From contig NC_043003.1 in assembly GCF_006345805.1 (NCBI RefSeq), forward strand, positions 68,758,001-68,822,000: a stretch of 64,000 nucleotides of DNA, given 5' to 3'. The number at the start of each line of letters is the position of its first letter. Within the stretch, counting starts at the first letter, position 1. Both the position numbers and the translations under genes were made by a program. Shown one piece after another: positions 24,953 to 39,560 of the stretch. This stretch comes from Octopus sinensis. Its lineage: Eukaryota. A model generated the notes under the pieces. It had not been told where the DNA came from. It searched no databases and saw nothing but the letters and a program-made list of their open reading frames with translations.

Positions 24953-26092
24953 TTCTTTAACCCATGCAACGTCACAAAACCACACAACTGCTTCTCGAAA
25001 TTCAGTACAAGGCCTTCTACATTTAAACCATTTGTCATCTTTTTACTTCTTCTTCTCTCCCCCGCCCCACTCTCTGTCTCTCAGGCATACCAAGTTGCTC
25101 TCAATATCTCATACGTTACCGTTCAACCTAAACAAATCTAGTTATAATCATGTATTTCTTTCGAAAAAGAATTCTTATACAATCAATCAAAAAATCTAAT
25201 TTATATCCGCATGCATTGTGACTGTGAGAAATTTCTACGTTTTTTCACTGTTGGCTAACGCATCGAAAGCTAAAATTACTAATCGCTTTAGATTGCATAC
25301 ATCTTCATTTAAATTTTCAATTCTAAATCATTTTTTATATAAGTGGACTATAAATTGTTGACTAGATTATGCACCGACATGCACTCAACACTTTGTAACA
25401 GATGCGTGTGTGGTTTTGTATAGCGATGCGAATTTGTATAAAGTGATATAAAATATATTTTTGTGATATGAGTTTGTAAACTGGAGACAAATCTCTAGTG
25501 ACATATTACTCCCGTACAATTTAAACCATTCGAGAAATATTATATGATGCAATTAATATCAGTCTAAAACTAGAAACGATATTGACAAAATCTTTGAATA
25601 CATTATCGAAGATGGGCACAGTTTCTTGGCGGCTAAAAATCAATAAAGACGGAAAAGTGTATATATATCAAAACATGAGTATATCAGAAGCAGAAGAGTG
25701 ACTCAAAGGCCATGAGTTTCGTGTGTTAGCACTTATCATCGTCAAATCGGTTCTTCGCTCCTATTTTGATGAGCTCTGTCGACAAACTCGAATGTCGCCA
25801 TGGATAATTATCCAACATCATACCCCCAATCATGTATCTTGTGTTGAACATTCACAAATTTCTTTCAGCTATTATTCATCAACAGTCTTTCACTCCCAAG
25901 CGCAATCCAAACACATCGAAATCCCATGTATAGAATCACGAAACCCCAGATCCTCAGATCTGTTTGACAACGAATACGAGAAAGTTCTCCAAAAAAAGAT
26001 AACAAGATAACCCAAGTTAACAAAAAACTTAGTAGATCTATGAAGAAAAGAGTAAAGTTCATTTTATTAGAATATTAAAAAATAATAAATTA

Positions 26093-26470
26093 AACCACAT
26101 GGTTCCGGGTTCAGTCCCGCTGCCTGGCACTTTGGGCAAGTGTCTTCTACTATAGCCTCGGGCCGACCATAGCCTTGTGAGTGGATTTGGCACACGGAAA
26201 CTGAAACAAACCCGTCATATATATGTATATATATATGTGTATGTGTGTGTATATGTTTGTGTGTCTGTGTTAATTCTCCCACCACCACCATCCCTTGACA
26301 ACCGATGCTAGTGTGTTTACGTACCCGTAACTTGGCGGTTTCGGCAAAAGAGACCGATAGAATAAGTACTAGGCTTACAAAGAATGAGTCCTGGGGTCAA
26401 TTTGCTCGACTAAAGGCGGTGCCCGAGCATGGCCACAGTCAAGACTGAAACAAGTAAAGCAGTAAGCTGA
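26093..26470 (+). mobile_element. SINE family A (5'-truncated)
   Basis: ACCACATGGTTCCGGGTTCAGTCCC...GGCGGTGCCCGAGCATGGCCACAGTCAAGACTGAAAC. Confidence 0.9.
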
Positions 26471-27536
26471 ATAGAATTACCAGTGAAGTCATTCTTCATC
26501 TTTTTTTAAATATGTGTGAATGTATGCAGACAGATATATAGATACATACATACATATTTCAATAAGAGATATGTGTAGATATTGTTTTAACTTAGGGTCG
26601 TATTTTTTGTCTGATCTTACATATATGATTTTTGAACACTTCTCATACAAAGACAGTTTACCCACTTTCCATCAGTGACCGAAAGGAAATTTAAAAACTG
26701 AATATGTTTTAGCCCAATTACACAGAAGTTGGGCCTTTCAAAATCATCTGAAAAAATAGAATTAGATATATCGTAGCTTTACCAGTTTCCAACTACGGTA
26801 CAATGTGACAAATATTGGGAAAGACTACTGCTGACGATATGGACCAGTTCGTCTCTGATACCTTATTTTAGAAATGTTGGAAGACTCCAATGTCATTTAC
26901 AATTAGATCATCTTAAATATCGCATTTAAATACCAAATGCCAATGTTCAATGCTCTACAGATTTCGTTATTAATGGAAACTAATTCACAGAACCATATTA
27001 CTAACCAGTAAATAGATATTTACAAATTGTTATTTAAAGAGCTGGAGCAAAGTTTCAAACTGCGAAGTTTGAAATATTTTAAATTGCTCAAAATTATTAT
27101 TTCCAAATTAAGTTATATTTCTGTTACAATCCAATTTGGTCTTTGCTGCTCTTAACTCAAATTTCAAGAGAAAGATATCGAAATTAATGCGGAGAAACTC
27201 TCAAAAATTATGCTATGTAAATTCAGAATAATATGATAGTGTAACATTTTATTTTTTACTCTTTTATTTAACCACTCAACAGTAATAACAGAATATTACA
27301 CCAGTGAAATAAATTAAAATATTTCTTTCAATAAATTTTCCTTAAAATGCAATTTTGCTTGAACAATTTAATTCGCTTAAATTCCCCGTGTTGAGTAACA
27401 TAATAGATTAAAAGAAATAATCTACAGTAACAAAACAAAGAAGCTACTCTCATAAATAAAGAGCACGGGTGCAGAAAAATAAAATAATAACTTCTCTGTG
27501 AAAAACCGAGATAAAATAATTCCACTAAAGAGAAGA

Positions 27537-27881
27537 TTAAAACAAACAACCAGAGGTTTGCAGAGTCATTGCTCTGTAATACGGTTTAAGACTAACGATG
27601 CATTGTATGTGTATTAGAACATACAAGCACAATGTATATGTAGAATAAAATTTGAATGTGTTGTGTATTATTGATTCGTTAGATTTTACAGATTTTTCTG
27701 GAAACACATTTCGATATGCTGTTCCATTCTTCCAGGGCTGCTGCGTTTTATTATTATTCCTTTCAATGTTAATCCATTGTGCACAATGTTTCAACTGAAT
27801 CCTTTTGTACCAAATTTTGTCCCAACATGTTTGAATCACAATTGATGTTGTCATTTTGTATTTTCCTTCTTTTTGAGTCCA
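27537..27881 (-). CDS. Candidate host terminal exon (unassigned)
   Basis: Polypyrimidine acceptor TTTTCTTTTTATTATTTAG before 27881; open in phase 0 (114 aa) or phase 1 (36 aa to stop at 27769); minus-strand AATAAA near 27250; no recognised homology. Confidence 0.25.
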   Translation of the reverse strand, partial: WTQKEGKYKMTTSIVIQTCWDKIWYKRIQLKHCAQWINIERNNNKTQQPWKNGTAYRNVFPEKSVKSNESIIHNTFKFYSTYTLCLYVLIHIQCIVSLKPYYRAMTLQTSGCLF

Positions 27882-28610
27882 CTAAATAATAAAAAGAAAA
27901 TATATACAACCGAAAGAAAAAATTATTGTAAGACCGATATTTGCTTGAAAATTAGAATGGCGATGTTCTTATAAAACGTCTGTGTTCACTAACTTTATCA
28001 GAAAATATCACATCAATAAGTAAAAAAGATATTCTAGACGTGAAAGAAAGATTTGAAAATATATCAGAGGCGTCATACAAGATCAGACACTGCGTAAAGT
28101 GTGTGATTTATTTTGAAGGAAATTAGTTATTTGAAATAAATATCACAACATTTTAGAGAGAAATCGACACATTATCTGAAAATCCGGCATCAACAGTATA
28201 CTTCAACATAATGGGAAAAATATGGAACAGAAGTATTCAGTACAATCAATGGGCACATTTGGTTAGAAGAAAGAGAAATAGTAAGAAATAGTTTACACAG
28301 GAATATACCAATATAGCTAATGCAGTTACAAAGAAGAGATTGCTAGCGAGTGGGATTCTCCGTCAATTGACAGTTTCCAATTACTGGCCGCAATAGCTAA
28401 TCATTATTTATGTATTTATTCGTGATAGCATTCAATGAATTAGTAAACGTATCAGAAATAGCACTCGACCTGTAATTGTTGTGAAACAATACAGATTTCC
28501 AAAATGAAGAACACCAGCAATCAAACGCCTCACTTATATCTATACTCCATAGAAAGGGAAAGCGTGTGGATTACTGATTAGGTTATTCAGTGAATGGTAT
28601 GCGCTTCTAG

Positions 28611-28935
28611 TGAAGGCGCGTCGTTCATGGTCAGGGTATTCGGTTCAAGATTGTAAGGTCGTGAGTTCGATATCCGGTAGTGCGTTGTGTTTTGGGAAAA
28701 TACGCTTTATTTCACGTCGTTGCAGTTCACTTAACTGGCAAAAATGAGTTGTACTTGTATTTCAAAGGCACGGCTTTGTCACATTCTATGTCACACTGAA
28801 TTTCCATGAGAACTACATTAAGTGCACGCGTGTTCGTGGAGTGCTCAGCCACTTGCACGCTAACTTCATGAGCAGGCTCCTCCGTTGATCGGATCAACTG
28901 GAACCCTCGTCTTTGTAACCAGCGGACTGCCAGTT
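28611..28935 (+). mobile_element. SINE family D (tRNA head, V/Meta-type core)
   Basis: Matches 51739-52060 along its length; GAGTTCGAT B-box. Confidence 0.85.
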
Positions 28936-29684
28936 CAATTCCTCAACTAGGTGGAGTGTTTCATCCCCTATTTCTCGTAGCCCTTTTTTCAAATATTTTT
29001 AATTCCTTGGAGTGAAGATAAAGAAAGAAAATTTCGAAATCAACAACAGCGAGAAAACAAGAAGCAACAATAGGATACGAGAAAGAGAATGTAGCTTGTA
29101 AGAGGATGCTGTCTGAGATTGATCAAAGTCGACAGGAAAAAGTAATACTCCAACCAATAAACTTCCCTCTCATATGACACATACAGCCATGGGCCTATTT
29201 AGTTGGGCATATTCACCACTCTACCCCAACTTTTAGCAAATATTCTGGGAAGTAGTACCTGATTATCTAAATGTTCTTTCTTTTCTAAGAAAAACTAAAA
29301 ACATCAGTGTGGGATTTAGTCGAAAATGAAAATAACGATCGTTAGTCCTTTCAGTCGTGGCAACGTCACCAGAGAAGTAAAGCAAAACCTTCCCATACCC
29401 AAGGAGAGCTGCGGGGTAATCTTTACGATGGGTGTGGCCATCAGTTGGATCCGTCCTACACGTAACAACAATCTTTCTACGAATATCTAAAAGTCACAAA
29501 CACTTAGACACAATACCTTCAGAACGGTTTTATCACTTGGAGCTGCTCCGTTCTAGTACAACCACAATAGCGCTTTCTGGATACTTTTTGGAAATTCTTC
29601 GGGGAGAGACCAGTTGATTCATGTGGATCTTGTCGAAGATGATGTTAAGCATGGATTATACTTCGTTTTTCTTCTTTCTTTGGG

Positions 29685-30009
29685 ATCCGTAATCCATTAG
29701 ATGCATGCACCGCCAGGGACTACCATCGGGTAACATCTCAAAACCGCAGTGTACGCAACCAACTCAATGTTTCTCTCAAATATTTCCTGAATCCTTTGTA
29801 TCAGGGAATCCATTCCAATCTCTCATCTGAGGAATTTTTAGATCAACAGTATGAAAACCTTTTCACCAATGGGATCCAAACACTACAACACGGATGGAAG
29901 ATGTGTGTGGACCGCAAGAGGGATTATGTTGAAAAATAAACCTCATTTGGTTACATTCAATGAGAGCTAATCTTGGGCAGCCTAAAAACTTTTCAGCCGA
30001 TCCTCGTAT
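29685..30009 (+). mobile_element. mariner-derived fragment (3' end and TIR)
   Basis: GIQTLQHGWKMCVDRKRDYVEK* mariner C-terminus followed by AACTTTTCAGCCGATCCTCG-TA. Confidence 0.7.
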
Positions 30010-30160
30010 ATCATCTTCATCACTTCACAGGCTTATACAGGATAGGATGCTTATAAGCTCCTTGATTTTTCTATGGGTTGTGCGGTAAGTGTTTTATGTC
30101 CCCAAAAGAGAACCATACCTGCTCTCCTTATCTCTCTCTCTCTTTCTCTCTCTCTCTCTT

Positions 30161-30196
<36 letters not shown>

Positions 30197-30704
30197 TATC
30201 TGCTTGTGTTGTTGTTATATTGTTGTCTCTAGGTTTATTGTCTTACTGGAAGAAGTTCGGTCTCCTGCTGCTGGTGATTTTGCAAACTTCTGTTTCATAT
30301 TTCAATGTTCTTGTTTCTGTTATTCTTGCTGTTGCTGTTGTTATTATAGTTGTTGCTCTTGCTTTTGCAAATGGTATTGCTGATATCATTTTTTCATTCC
30401 TAATACGTCTGTAGTATTGCAAAAGACGACTTCACTCCCAAAACGTTATCCAAACTTCTTCTCTTGCTGATTACCTTCACTATTCTCCTCATCGCCGACA
30501 AAGAAGATACCATTCCGATTTTTTTTCTTTTTCGTTTTTATGATTCAAAATAAACTTTCTGCCAAGATTATGGATCTGGTCAACTAAGAAGCAACGCAAA
30601 GCAATTAAATTAACACAGACTTCTAAGGAAGAAAACAACGGACACACTAAGAGAGTCTAAAAGATTATTTAGCAAGATAAACAAGAACAATAATAATATT
30701 TTCT

Positions 30705-30910
30705 AATTTTGGCACACGCCAGGCAAAATTAGGGGTAGAGGAGGTTAGTGGATTTACATGATCGATACTTTAATTCTATCGACCAAGAAAGAATGAAGAG
30801 CAGAGTTGGCCTCGGTGGGATTTCAGTCCAGAATGTAAAGTGCCGGAACATAGATATATTTCTCAGCATTTTCTCCTTTCCACTAACTGTTCTGCCAATA
30901 TCGCTGCCCC
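30705..30910 (-). mobile_element. Degenerate SINE family B
   Basis: TATCGACCAAGAAAGAATGAAGAGCAGAGTTGGCCTCGG is the diverged reverse core. Confidence 0.6.
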
Positions 30911-30929
30911 AATAATAATAATAATAATA

Positions 30930-30997
<68 letters not shown>

Positions 30998-31142
30998 AAG
31001 GAGATTGCGACTGTTGTCGAATGAACAATATTTCAACACTTAGTATGTGTTACACAAGTTCAAAATAATCTTAATCTACTTCATTTTGGTAATAGTTAAG
31101 GATTGATAACAATCGCATTCTTCTTATTGTTACTTTATCTTA

Positions 31143-31193
<51 letters not shown>

Positions 31194-32392
31194 GACATCA
31201 GTTATGAAAATTATGATGGTGGTGGTGACGATCATACAGAAACAATTTAATGTTATTGAAAAATATAAAACTTTCCTGACTCATAGAGAACAAATAAAGC
31301 ACCAGAGACTAAAATAGTTTCAAGAAAGTGAAAATGTTAAATGTTTTTTGTGTTGTTGTTGTTCTTACTTTACATCTGCTACTAAGTGTTACTGTATGGA
31401 GGGTCAGTTGTTGTTTTATGAACATAAACGTGTGAGATAAACAGAGTTACGTAATGGAAATGGATAGATTGAAATCGGTGTGAAAAATAATTTTAAATTG
31501 TCTTTATATTCGAAAAATGTAGTAAATGTTGATAATCTAAATTTAAGATTCCCAAATGTATTTTTTGCCTCAGGCACTTGGAATGAAAATAAATCAAAAT
31601 CAATGAAGAATTTGCTCGATATAAATGGAATTGAAAATAAATTGATTCAGCGATTTTAAACATATTTCGTATTGTATACAACATCATTTACATATTCTTC
31701 TAAATAGGGGAGAGAAAAAAATCACTTTGTGATGCAGATTGAATATTTGATAGTTTTGTTAGAAAGATTATTCGCATTTCATAGTTTGTACAAGAAACGA
31801 ACTCCCCGGCAAAAGTTATTACATTTCGCAATGTCTCCTATATTTATATTCTTTGTGTTCTACTTGAGAAAAATGTAGGAACGTGATAATTTTGTAGGAT
31901 ATTGGAAAATCTATTTCCTAATTTCCTAATAACTGAGAAGTTATGTTCTGTGAGATTTAGATTGGATGATCCTATCATGACTGAAATTGAGGTCAGTAAG
32001 CTTGGACCGTATCACTTGTTTTGTTACTGTTCTCTGTGGACAAAGGTTATATACCAATGTGTTGTTATTACATACTGTAGAGAGGAGGCAACGGCCAATT
32101 TCTTTTTTCTAATATCTGTTATAAGACTTTTACTAGTCTTTGGTATGTGACCATGATGAGGTTCCACCTTCAAAGAACTAGGCCAATCATAACTGCAATA
32201 ATAATTTTTGCCACCAATGTATCGTACATCAAGTTATATTCATTAAAAAAACTATTATCCATACCATGATGCAACGATTAGCGTTGGTAAACACGTCGTT
32301 AGACAACAATGCTCATACTTTTCACAGATAACACACATTCTAAAGATCAAATTTAACTTACAAAGTATTAGGTTAGTTTAACATCATTTGAA

Positions 32393-32607
32393 AGCGGCGA
32401 GCTGGCAGAAACGTTAGCACGCCGGGCGAAATGCTTAGCGGTATTTCGTCTGTCTTTACGTTCTCAATTCAAATTGTGCCATGGTCGACTTTGCTTTTCA
32501 TCCTTTCGATTTCGATAAATTAACTACCAGTTGCGTACTAGGGTCGATCTAATCGACTTGTCCCTTCCCCCAAAGATTTCGAGCCTTGAGCCTAGAGTGG
32601 AAAAGAG
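32393..32607 (+). mobile_element. SINE family B monomer with probable 14-bp TSD
   Basis: Single core; flanked by TTTAACATCATTTG / TTTCATATCATTTG. Confidence 0.85.
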
Positions 32608-35017
32608 TTTCATATCATTTGCCCCATCGTTTGCGATGCGAGTTTCTTAACTCCATAGCGTTTACCATAGAAATGCGTTAGGAATTTTAAATAATTTTGT
32701 GAGTATAGTTCTTTATTGAATTTATTTGATGGAGAAATAACAGTTTGTGGCAATTTTCAGGCCTCTCAAGATTAATGGGAGAAATAAGAGAAGAAAAACA
32801 GATACTTGAAAAATAGTGGTGTCCTTTAAAACCATCTAAATCTAGATGGCGGTGTTAAATTGTGTGGGAGATCAATTGAAGAACAGATGCGATTCCTCAG
32901 GCACAGATACATTCTACCATCTTTCTCTCACAAGGCTTTGGTTGCTTGAAAGCAATGGAAGAAGACAAGGTATCGTGAAGTGAAATTTATCCATGGTGTT
33001 GGGAAACGAATGGCTTTATCACACATATTTGCTTTGTAAGGATGTTTCAATTGGATTTTATGGATTACAATAAAGGAGATAAAAGTGATTGTTGAAAGAC
33101 ATAGACACGCGTTTCCAACAAGAAATAATTTAGAATAGTTACTGCTTTGCATATTATATGAGTGATAATAGATTAGCACAAGCCAAAGTGTTAGTGGTAT
33201 GAGAAAGGGATACATTACTGTAATTTGGAAGCAGAAACAGTTGGAAAACATTGAAATTAAATAGTTTTATGATGGCCCAAATGGTTTATGAGTATATGAA
33301 TTGACTACATATTTGAAAAAATCTTGTATGTGAGGAAATGGCTGCGTGTTAGTATGTCAATCGTCTCCATACTTAGTGTTTCTTCTCACACTTCTAGTTC
33401 CCTTCCCGTTCATATGTAACTAGCGCCTGACTTCGCTGTCAATACAACGTTGAACAATTGTATTTTACTTTTTTTTTTACTTTTTGCTTACTCGCCACTC
33501 AAAGCCTGGCTACCAATGCCGATGTTTTCAGCTTTTATTGCTTTCCTTTGACTCTAAACATTTTAACTCCTCTTATTTTTCAATCTCGATCACTCCAACT
33601 TTGTTAAAAATCTCCTCGTAAGCAATCTTTTTCCTTCTTATTTTGTTATCCTTTAATTTTCCTTCACTCCCTTACCTCTCTCTATTCTCTTTCTCTCTCC
33701 TCATTTTAATATCTCTTGTTTTTAACTCAGCTTACATAATTATTCTTCGTTCTTACCTTTATTTCTCTATACTCACACTGCCTCACTCTCTATTACTACC
33801 TAGTTATCTTTCTCCTTTTAAGTCCAACTCTGGCGCCAATCTATAGCTTTCAAATATTCTTCTGTCACTCTTATCCTCTCTTTCAATATGTCTTTCTATC
33901 CCCAGCTTTTCCTTTGCCTTCCTTCTCCCTCCGTCTCTCTCTCTCTCCCTCTCTCTCTAGTTTTGTTACATATTTTCTCTTCCCTTTAGTTCTGCCTTTT
34001 CTTCCTAGAATTTCCTCTATAAATGTAATACTTTCAACCCCTCTTTTACCTCTCTGCTCCCTATTCTCTTTAACTCTCCCTGTCCCTCTCGTCTTTTTTT
34101 TTATTGTTACTGCGAAATTGATGCTATTATTTTCTCTGCATTTCAAACATCTCTTAATATTCCTAGTGATACAAATAAGTCTTCCCTTCTACTTATTCGC
34201 ACATCATGGATATCGCGCCACTTGATCACAGGCCTGCCTAATCAGGACTAACTCAAAGTTAAACAACAAGAAATTACGCGAAGCAAGACCTAGAAATACC
34301 AGTGATATCTTACATCATTCCTGTATGTATGTCTATCTTCTAAACAGCTGCACGTAGCGAATCTCAAATCTTTCTACAAATCTTTTTATCTTCTATTAAA
34401 TACACCAACACCGGTTGTCAAGCGTTGGTTAGGAACAAACTGACTCGAAGACACACACGCAGGTAATGGCGGAAGCAAGTAAAAATAAACGACAGATACT
34501 TTCCACTGTTTATTTATTGCACCTCATTCTTTGCTTTCTTTTTGTCTAATGTATTTCACTCTCTAACTATAATTGACTTCTTTGTTTACATTCCATTATT
34601 AATTGACATTCAACCTTTACACTTAGCGTTCATATTTGTAAATCAGTTAGAACTTTTAATTACTTTGCAATTTAACTTTACAATTGAATTCCTACTTAAA
34701 GTCAGGTTTCTTTAATTACTTGATAACTTACGATTCTTTTGATTCTATTATTAATATTTTTATCAATAACGCCACAGTAAATTTGTACAAGACATGTAAC
34801 TAGCTCTGGTGGCTAGTCATAAGCAAACTCTAAGGCAGGAGAATCAAATGAGAAGTGGTGCAAATTAACAGTATCAGGAATGCAGCTCATAGCATACTAC
34901 AAACTGAACATAAATGTTAGTCTTGCCTTAAACAAAATGCTATCAGATAAGTAGTTTATCGTCGACTGGAAACCCTGATGAACGACGGTATAGGCTTCAA
35001 ATATTAACAGGTATTCT

Positions 35018-35395
35018 AAGGCGGTGAGCTGGCAGAATCGTTAGTACATCGGGCGAAATGCTTAGCGACATTTCGTCTACCGCTACGTTCTGAGTTCAAA
35101 TTTCGCCGAGGTCGACTTTGCCTTTCATCTTTTCGGGGTCGATTAAATAAGTACCAGTTATGCACTGAGGTCGATATAATCTACTTAATCCGTTTGTCTG
35201 TCCTTGTTTGTCCTCTCTGTGTTTAGCCCCTTGTGTGTAGTAAAGAAATAGATATTTCGTCCGTCTTTGCGTTCTGAATTCAAATTCTGCTTTTCATTAT
35301 TTCGGGGTTAATAAATTAAGTGCCATTTGATCATTGGGGTTGATGTAATCGACTTATCTGGACTTGCTAGCCTTATGTCAATTTTTGAAATCAAT
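35018..35395 (+). mobile_element. SINE family B dimeric copy
   Basis: GGCGGTGAGCTGGCAGAATCGTTAG head and two core units. Confidence 0.85.
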
Positions 35396-35760
35396 ATTAG
35401 TAGGAAGCTTACACATGAAATTTCATGACAAGACAAAACAAGCGAGATTTGGACCTTACACATAAGACTCTTCAAGCGGGAGTCAACCAGCAGGAAATCT
35501 AGGGTTAGATTAAGGACGAAGTGGTAGGATCATATCCATAGTTTCAGTAAGCCAAGCTGGAGAATCCAGTCGGAAATTCTAATGACGCTCACTTCTGATA
35601 GGGCCCTAAGGAGGAGATGCGTGAGGACTCGACCCACATGACCTTCCCAGGAATATTGGGTGGAGAACTGGATGGATATAGGAAACAGCGGAAATAGGTT
35701 GTAGCTAAATACCAATGTTCGAACGATTCTGCTATCGATTCTGCCGCACATGACTATCAC

Positions 35761-36043
35761 TCAGTCGACTACGACAACGAGTGTTCCACGGAAATTAACG
35801 TGCTCGTAGCTGAACACTCCACACACAGGCGTACGCTTAACGTATCTCTCATGGAGATTCAACGTAACACAGAATCCGACAAGGCTGGCCCCTTTGAGAT
35901 ATAGGTATAAATTTTTGCCAGCTGAATGAACCGAAGCAACGTGAAATTAAGAATATTGTTCAAGGACACAACGAAACATCGATTATCGAACACACGACCT
36001 GACGATTGTGAAACGCATACACTAACCACTAAGCAACGCGTCC
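35761..36043 (-). mobile_element. SINE family D
   Basis: Reverse match to 51739-52060 (GACAAGGCTGGCCCTTTGA, CAAGGACACAACG). Confidence 0.8.
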
Positions 36044-36469
36044 TATATGACTGTTCCTAAAATAGATTCAAGTTTCCAATTTGCAGAAAAAGGTTTAGTT
36101 GATTAACACCAGCATTTGATTTGCATTTTATTAAAAGGAGAATTCTGTTATTTTTTTTTTTAATACTTTACATGTTATAACACAGGCTGAAATATAATGG
36201 GAAGCCTAATTAAAACAATTTCGATATCAATACCATTTAATAACTGATTAGTAATAATTTATGATTTAGTGAGATGGTAAGAAAGTTAGACATTCGGGGT
36301 AGACAATATTCGATAATATCGATCCAGTAAATTGAAGATTTTATCAGCCTTTAAAGAAAGCCACCTATCGTAAATTACTAAAATCAATAATGCGATACTT
36401 CTAACTGTGCATTTTATAGGTGCTTGCATTCCCTCCCACCTTAAAAAAGAAGAAGCAGTATCAGTAGCA

Positions 36470-36685
36470 GCAGTAGCAGATGAAGAAGAAGAAGAAGATG
36501 ATGATGATGATGATGAGGAGGAGGAGGAGGAGGAGGAGGAGGAGGATGACGATGATGATGATGATAGTGATGAACATGAACAAGAACAAAAAGATAATAA
36601 AGAAGAAAGAAGAGCAACAACAACAACAACTTCAATAACAAGAACAGCAAGAATAAGAACAAGAAAATGAAGAACAAAAAATGAA

Positions 36686-36723
<38 letters not shown>

Positions 36724-36820
36724 CGACGACGACGAAAAACAACAACAACAACAACATGAACAAGAAGATGATGATGATGAAGAACAACAACAACAACAAG
36801 GTGAAGAAGATGGTGATGAA
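36470..36820. repeat. Compound (GAA)/(GAT)/(GAG)/(AAC) microsatellite
   Basis: Direct reading. Confidence 0.9.
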
Positions 36821-37323
36821 TGCCCTAAATCTTTTGGGTCTCATGGCTTCTGATCTTAATTCATTGGAAGCGTTAACATGTGTAAAGATGAACTACAGAA
36901 AATATTCTGTTCAATACCACAGATATGCTTGTCAGTTGTTTGACCATAACTAGTTGAACGCTTCCCTTGGTGGGTGACGATATGTGCTTATCTGACCAAA
37001 AGCAGAAGTAGTGGGAGGTATTCTTTGAAGTTTCGACAATTCACCTCTGAGAACATGGATGGTTCGTTTACCATCCTTAAACAAACCTTATTCAGGAGTC
37101 TTTCCAATAGGATGGGCTACTCGGCTTGAAAAAAATTCTGACTGGGCGGCACCTGCAAGGTCAAGCGCTGTTCACCTTGATATGAGATCGCCATGTCACG
37201 CATATGTGGTTGTGATGCATGTTTCTGGCGAACCGTTATCAGACAGGTTGTCAAAATGGATGAATTGGGCCTCGTATATTTTACCCCAGCGTCACTTTTA
37301 CGCCATGCATTGTTCTCTCACCC

Positions 37324-37385
37324 AATAATAATAAAAACAATAATAATAATAATAATAATAATTATTATTATTATTATTATTATTA

Positions 37386-37426
<41 letters not shown>

Positions 37427-37486
37427 ACTACTACTACTATTACTACTACTACTAATAATAATAATAATGATAATAATAACAATAAC
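37324..37486. repeat. (AAT)n/(ATT)n/(ACT)n microsatellite
   Basis: Direct reading. Confidence 0.95.
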
Positions 37487-38160
37487 TGTAAAATTACATC
37501 ATAAGGAAAATGTTCACAATTCTTATTCGTTTTATAGAAGATCAATACAATGTTAGGACATATTTGCAATCAGTTAGCCTGGTACAGGATTTGCTTTGTC
37601 TTGCTCGAACAATAGTTTTAGAAATCAACCAACGCTTATGTTAGCAGAATGTACAGCCTACAACGGCGCCAACAGAGTTAGACTTATATATATGAAAGAT
37701 TGTGTAATGCTGCATGTAATTTCGTACGTAATTGAATGCTCTCTTATAGGAAAAAACTTCGATTGAATCAAAACAGTTGCACACAGTTAAATAGGTGAGG
37801 AGAAATGTGGGTTTCAAAAGAAAAACCATCGAGGATAGGGGAGGATAGGGTGAACCAGAGCGCCAAACGGAGTAGCTTGTGGTCAACATCACCATCAAAC
37901 CTGGAGAGGTAGTAGGCACTTTGATGTTATGCCTTTATCGAAAAGGACCATGATGACGCACGGAATTCCGATCTGAAAATTCTTGGCTGATGACCAGGAA
38001 CGTTGAAAGGTTCAGACGGAGTTTCTTCATATGATGATCTTTTAGTGTTCATTGGATACGGATTTTGATTGATTGACTGATTGACCGAAAAGAATAATTT
38101 CAGTATGTATGAATGTAGAGATATGCGTCACTGTGTGTGTGAGTGAGTGTGTGTGTGTGT

Positions 38161-38201
<41 letters not shown>

Positions 38202-38539
38202 ATACATGAGTTCATATTTACGAACATGCAGGTATTAACTCAACGCCCGTTTCACGTCACTTGCGTTGTTTAATCATATTTCGAATAGAACTATCTGCTG
38301 TGTCTTGTCATGGAGAAAGTTTCACACACACCACACACACACACACATACAGAGGCACACACACTCACCCACAAATATACACACGCTCACACACACTTCA
38401 CGCACACATATATTCTTTTATTCTTTTACTTTACATCTGTTACTCACATCTTTCTGTTCTTTTACTTTACTAAAAAGATGTATTGTTTGCAAGATATCTT
38501 TGCATTTTTTCTTACATCTTTTTATTCTTTCACTAACAT

Positions 38540-38744
38540 CTTGTACTTGTTTCAGACATTTGACTGCGGCCGTGCAGGTGCATCGCCTTGGAGAGTTTTT
38601 AGTCGAGCAAACCGACCCTAGGACTTTGTAATCCTATTACTTATTCCATCGGTCTATTTCGCCGAATCACTATATTACGGGGACGTAACCATATCAATAC
38701 CGGTTGTCAAGAGCTGATGAGGACAAACAGACAAAAAGACAAAT

Positions 38745-38777
<33 letters not shown>

Positions 38778-38957
38778 CATATATATTATATATATACGAT
38801 GGGCTTCTTTCAGTTTTCGTCTATTAAACCAACTCACCAGGCTTTTGCGGCCTGACGATATAGGAGAAGAACTTGCTCAAGGTGCCACGCAGGGAGACTG
38901 AACCCGGAACCATGTCGTTGGCAAGCAAGCTTCTTACCACACAGCTAGGCCCGCGCA
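38540..38957 (-). mobile_element. SINE family A
   Basis: Reverse match to the family A consensus. Confidence 0.85.
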
Positions 38958-39500
38958 AACATACATACATTTATGTGTGTGTGTATACAATGGTGAAACT
39001 GATCCATCACTCCTGAATTGTGGACCAGTTGGCTCGACTGTCCATGACTTTCAGGTGTTTTAGCACTGAGCGCGTTCAAGGAGCAATCTCCACCACACCA
39101 AATCACAGCCTACAGACTAATACACCCTGCGTGTACGTTGGCTATGTGTGGTCGATAATGGTATTTCTATATGGGTGTGTGTGTAGCTGTATGCGTGCGT
39201 ATATGTGTGTTTGTGTATTTCTGCATTTGTGTGTGTTTATGCGTTTATACATGCGTCCATCTCTCTCTCCCTATATATGTAAATATACACGGGTACGTGT
39301 GTGTGTGTGCTGGTGGGTTTATGTGTGTGTGTATGTGTGTGTGTGTGTGCAATATACACAAACAAACATCGAGGTTTCAGCACAGTTTCTATCTACCAAG
39401 TCACTTGCCCACGTCCTACGGTTGGGCTGAAACCGAAACCGCATGGTTGGGGTCCGCTACCCTAAACACTGGGCCATTGCACCTCCACACATACATATAC

Positions 39501-39560
<60 letters not shown>

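Noticed and set aside
32928-33251. Hydrophobic 107-aa ORF with an acceptor-like site
   Set aside because: Overlaps a degenerate SINE A piece and weak RTE-like remnants on the other strand; no recognisable domain
36820-37330. Probable LINE 3' UTR ending in (AAT)n
   Set aside because: Single copy in window and no coding evidence; not supportable from this sequence alone
37987-38012. CTGATGA...GAAA hammerhead-like spacing
   Set aside because: No stem II or stem I pairing
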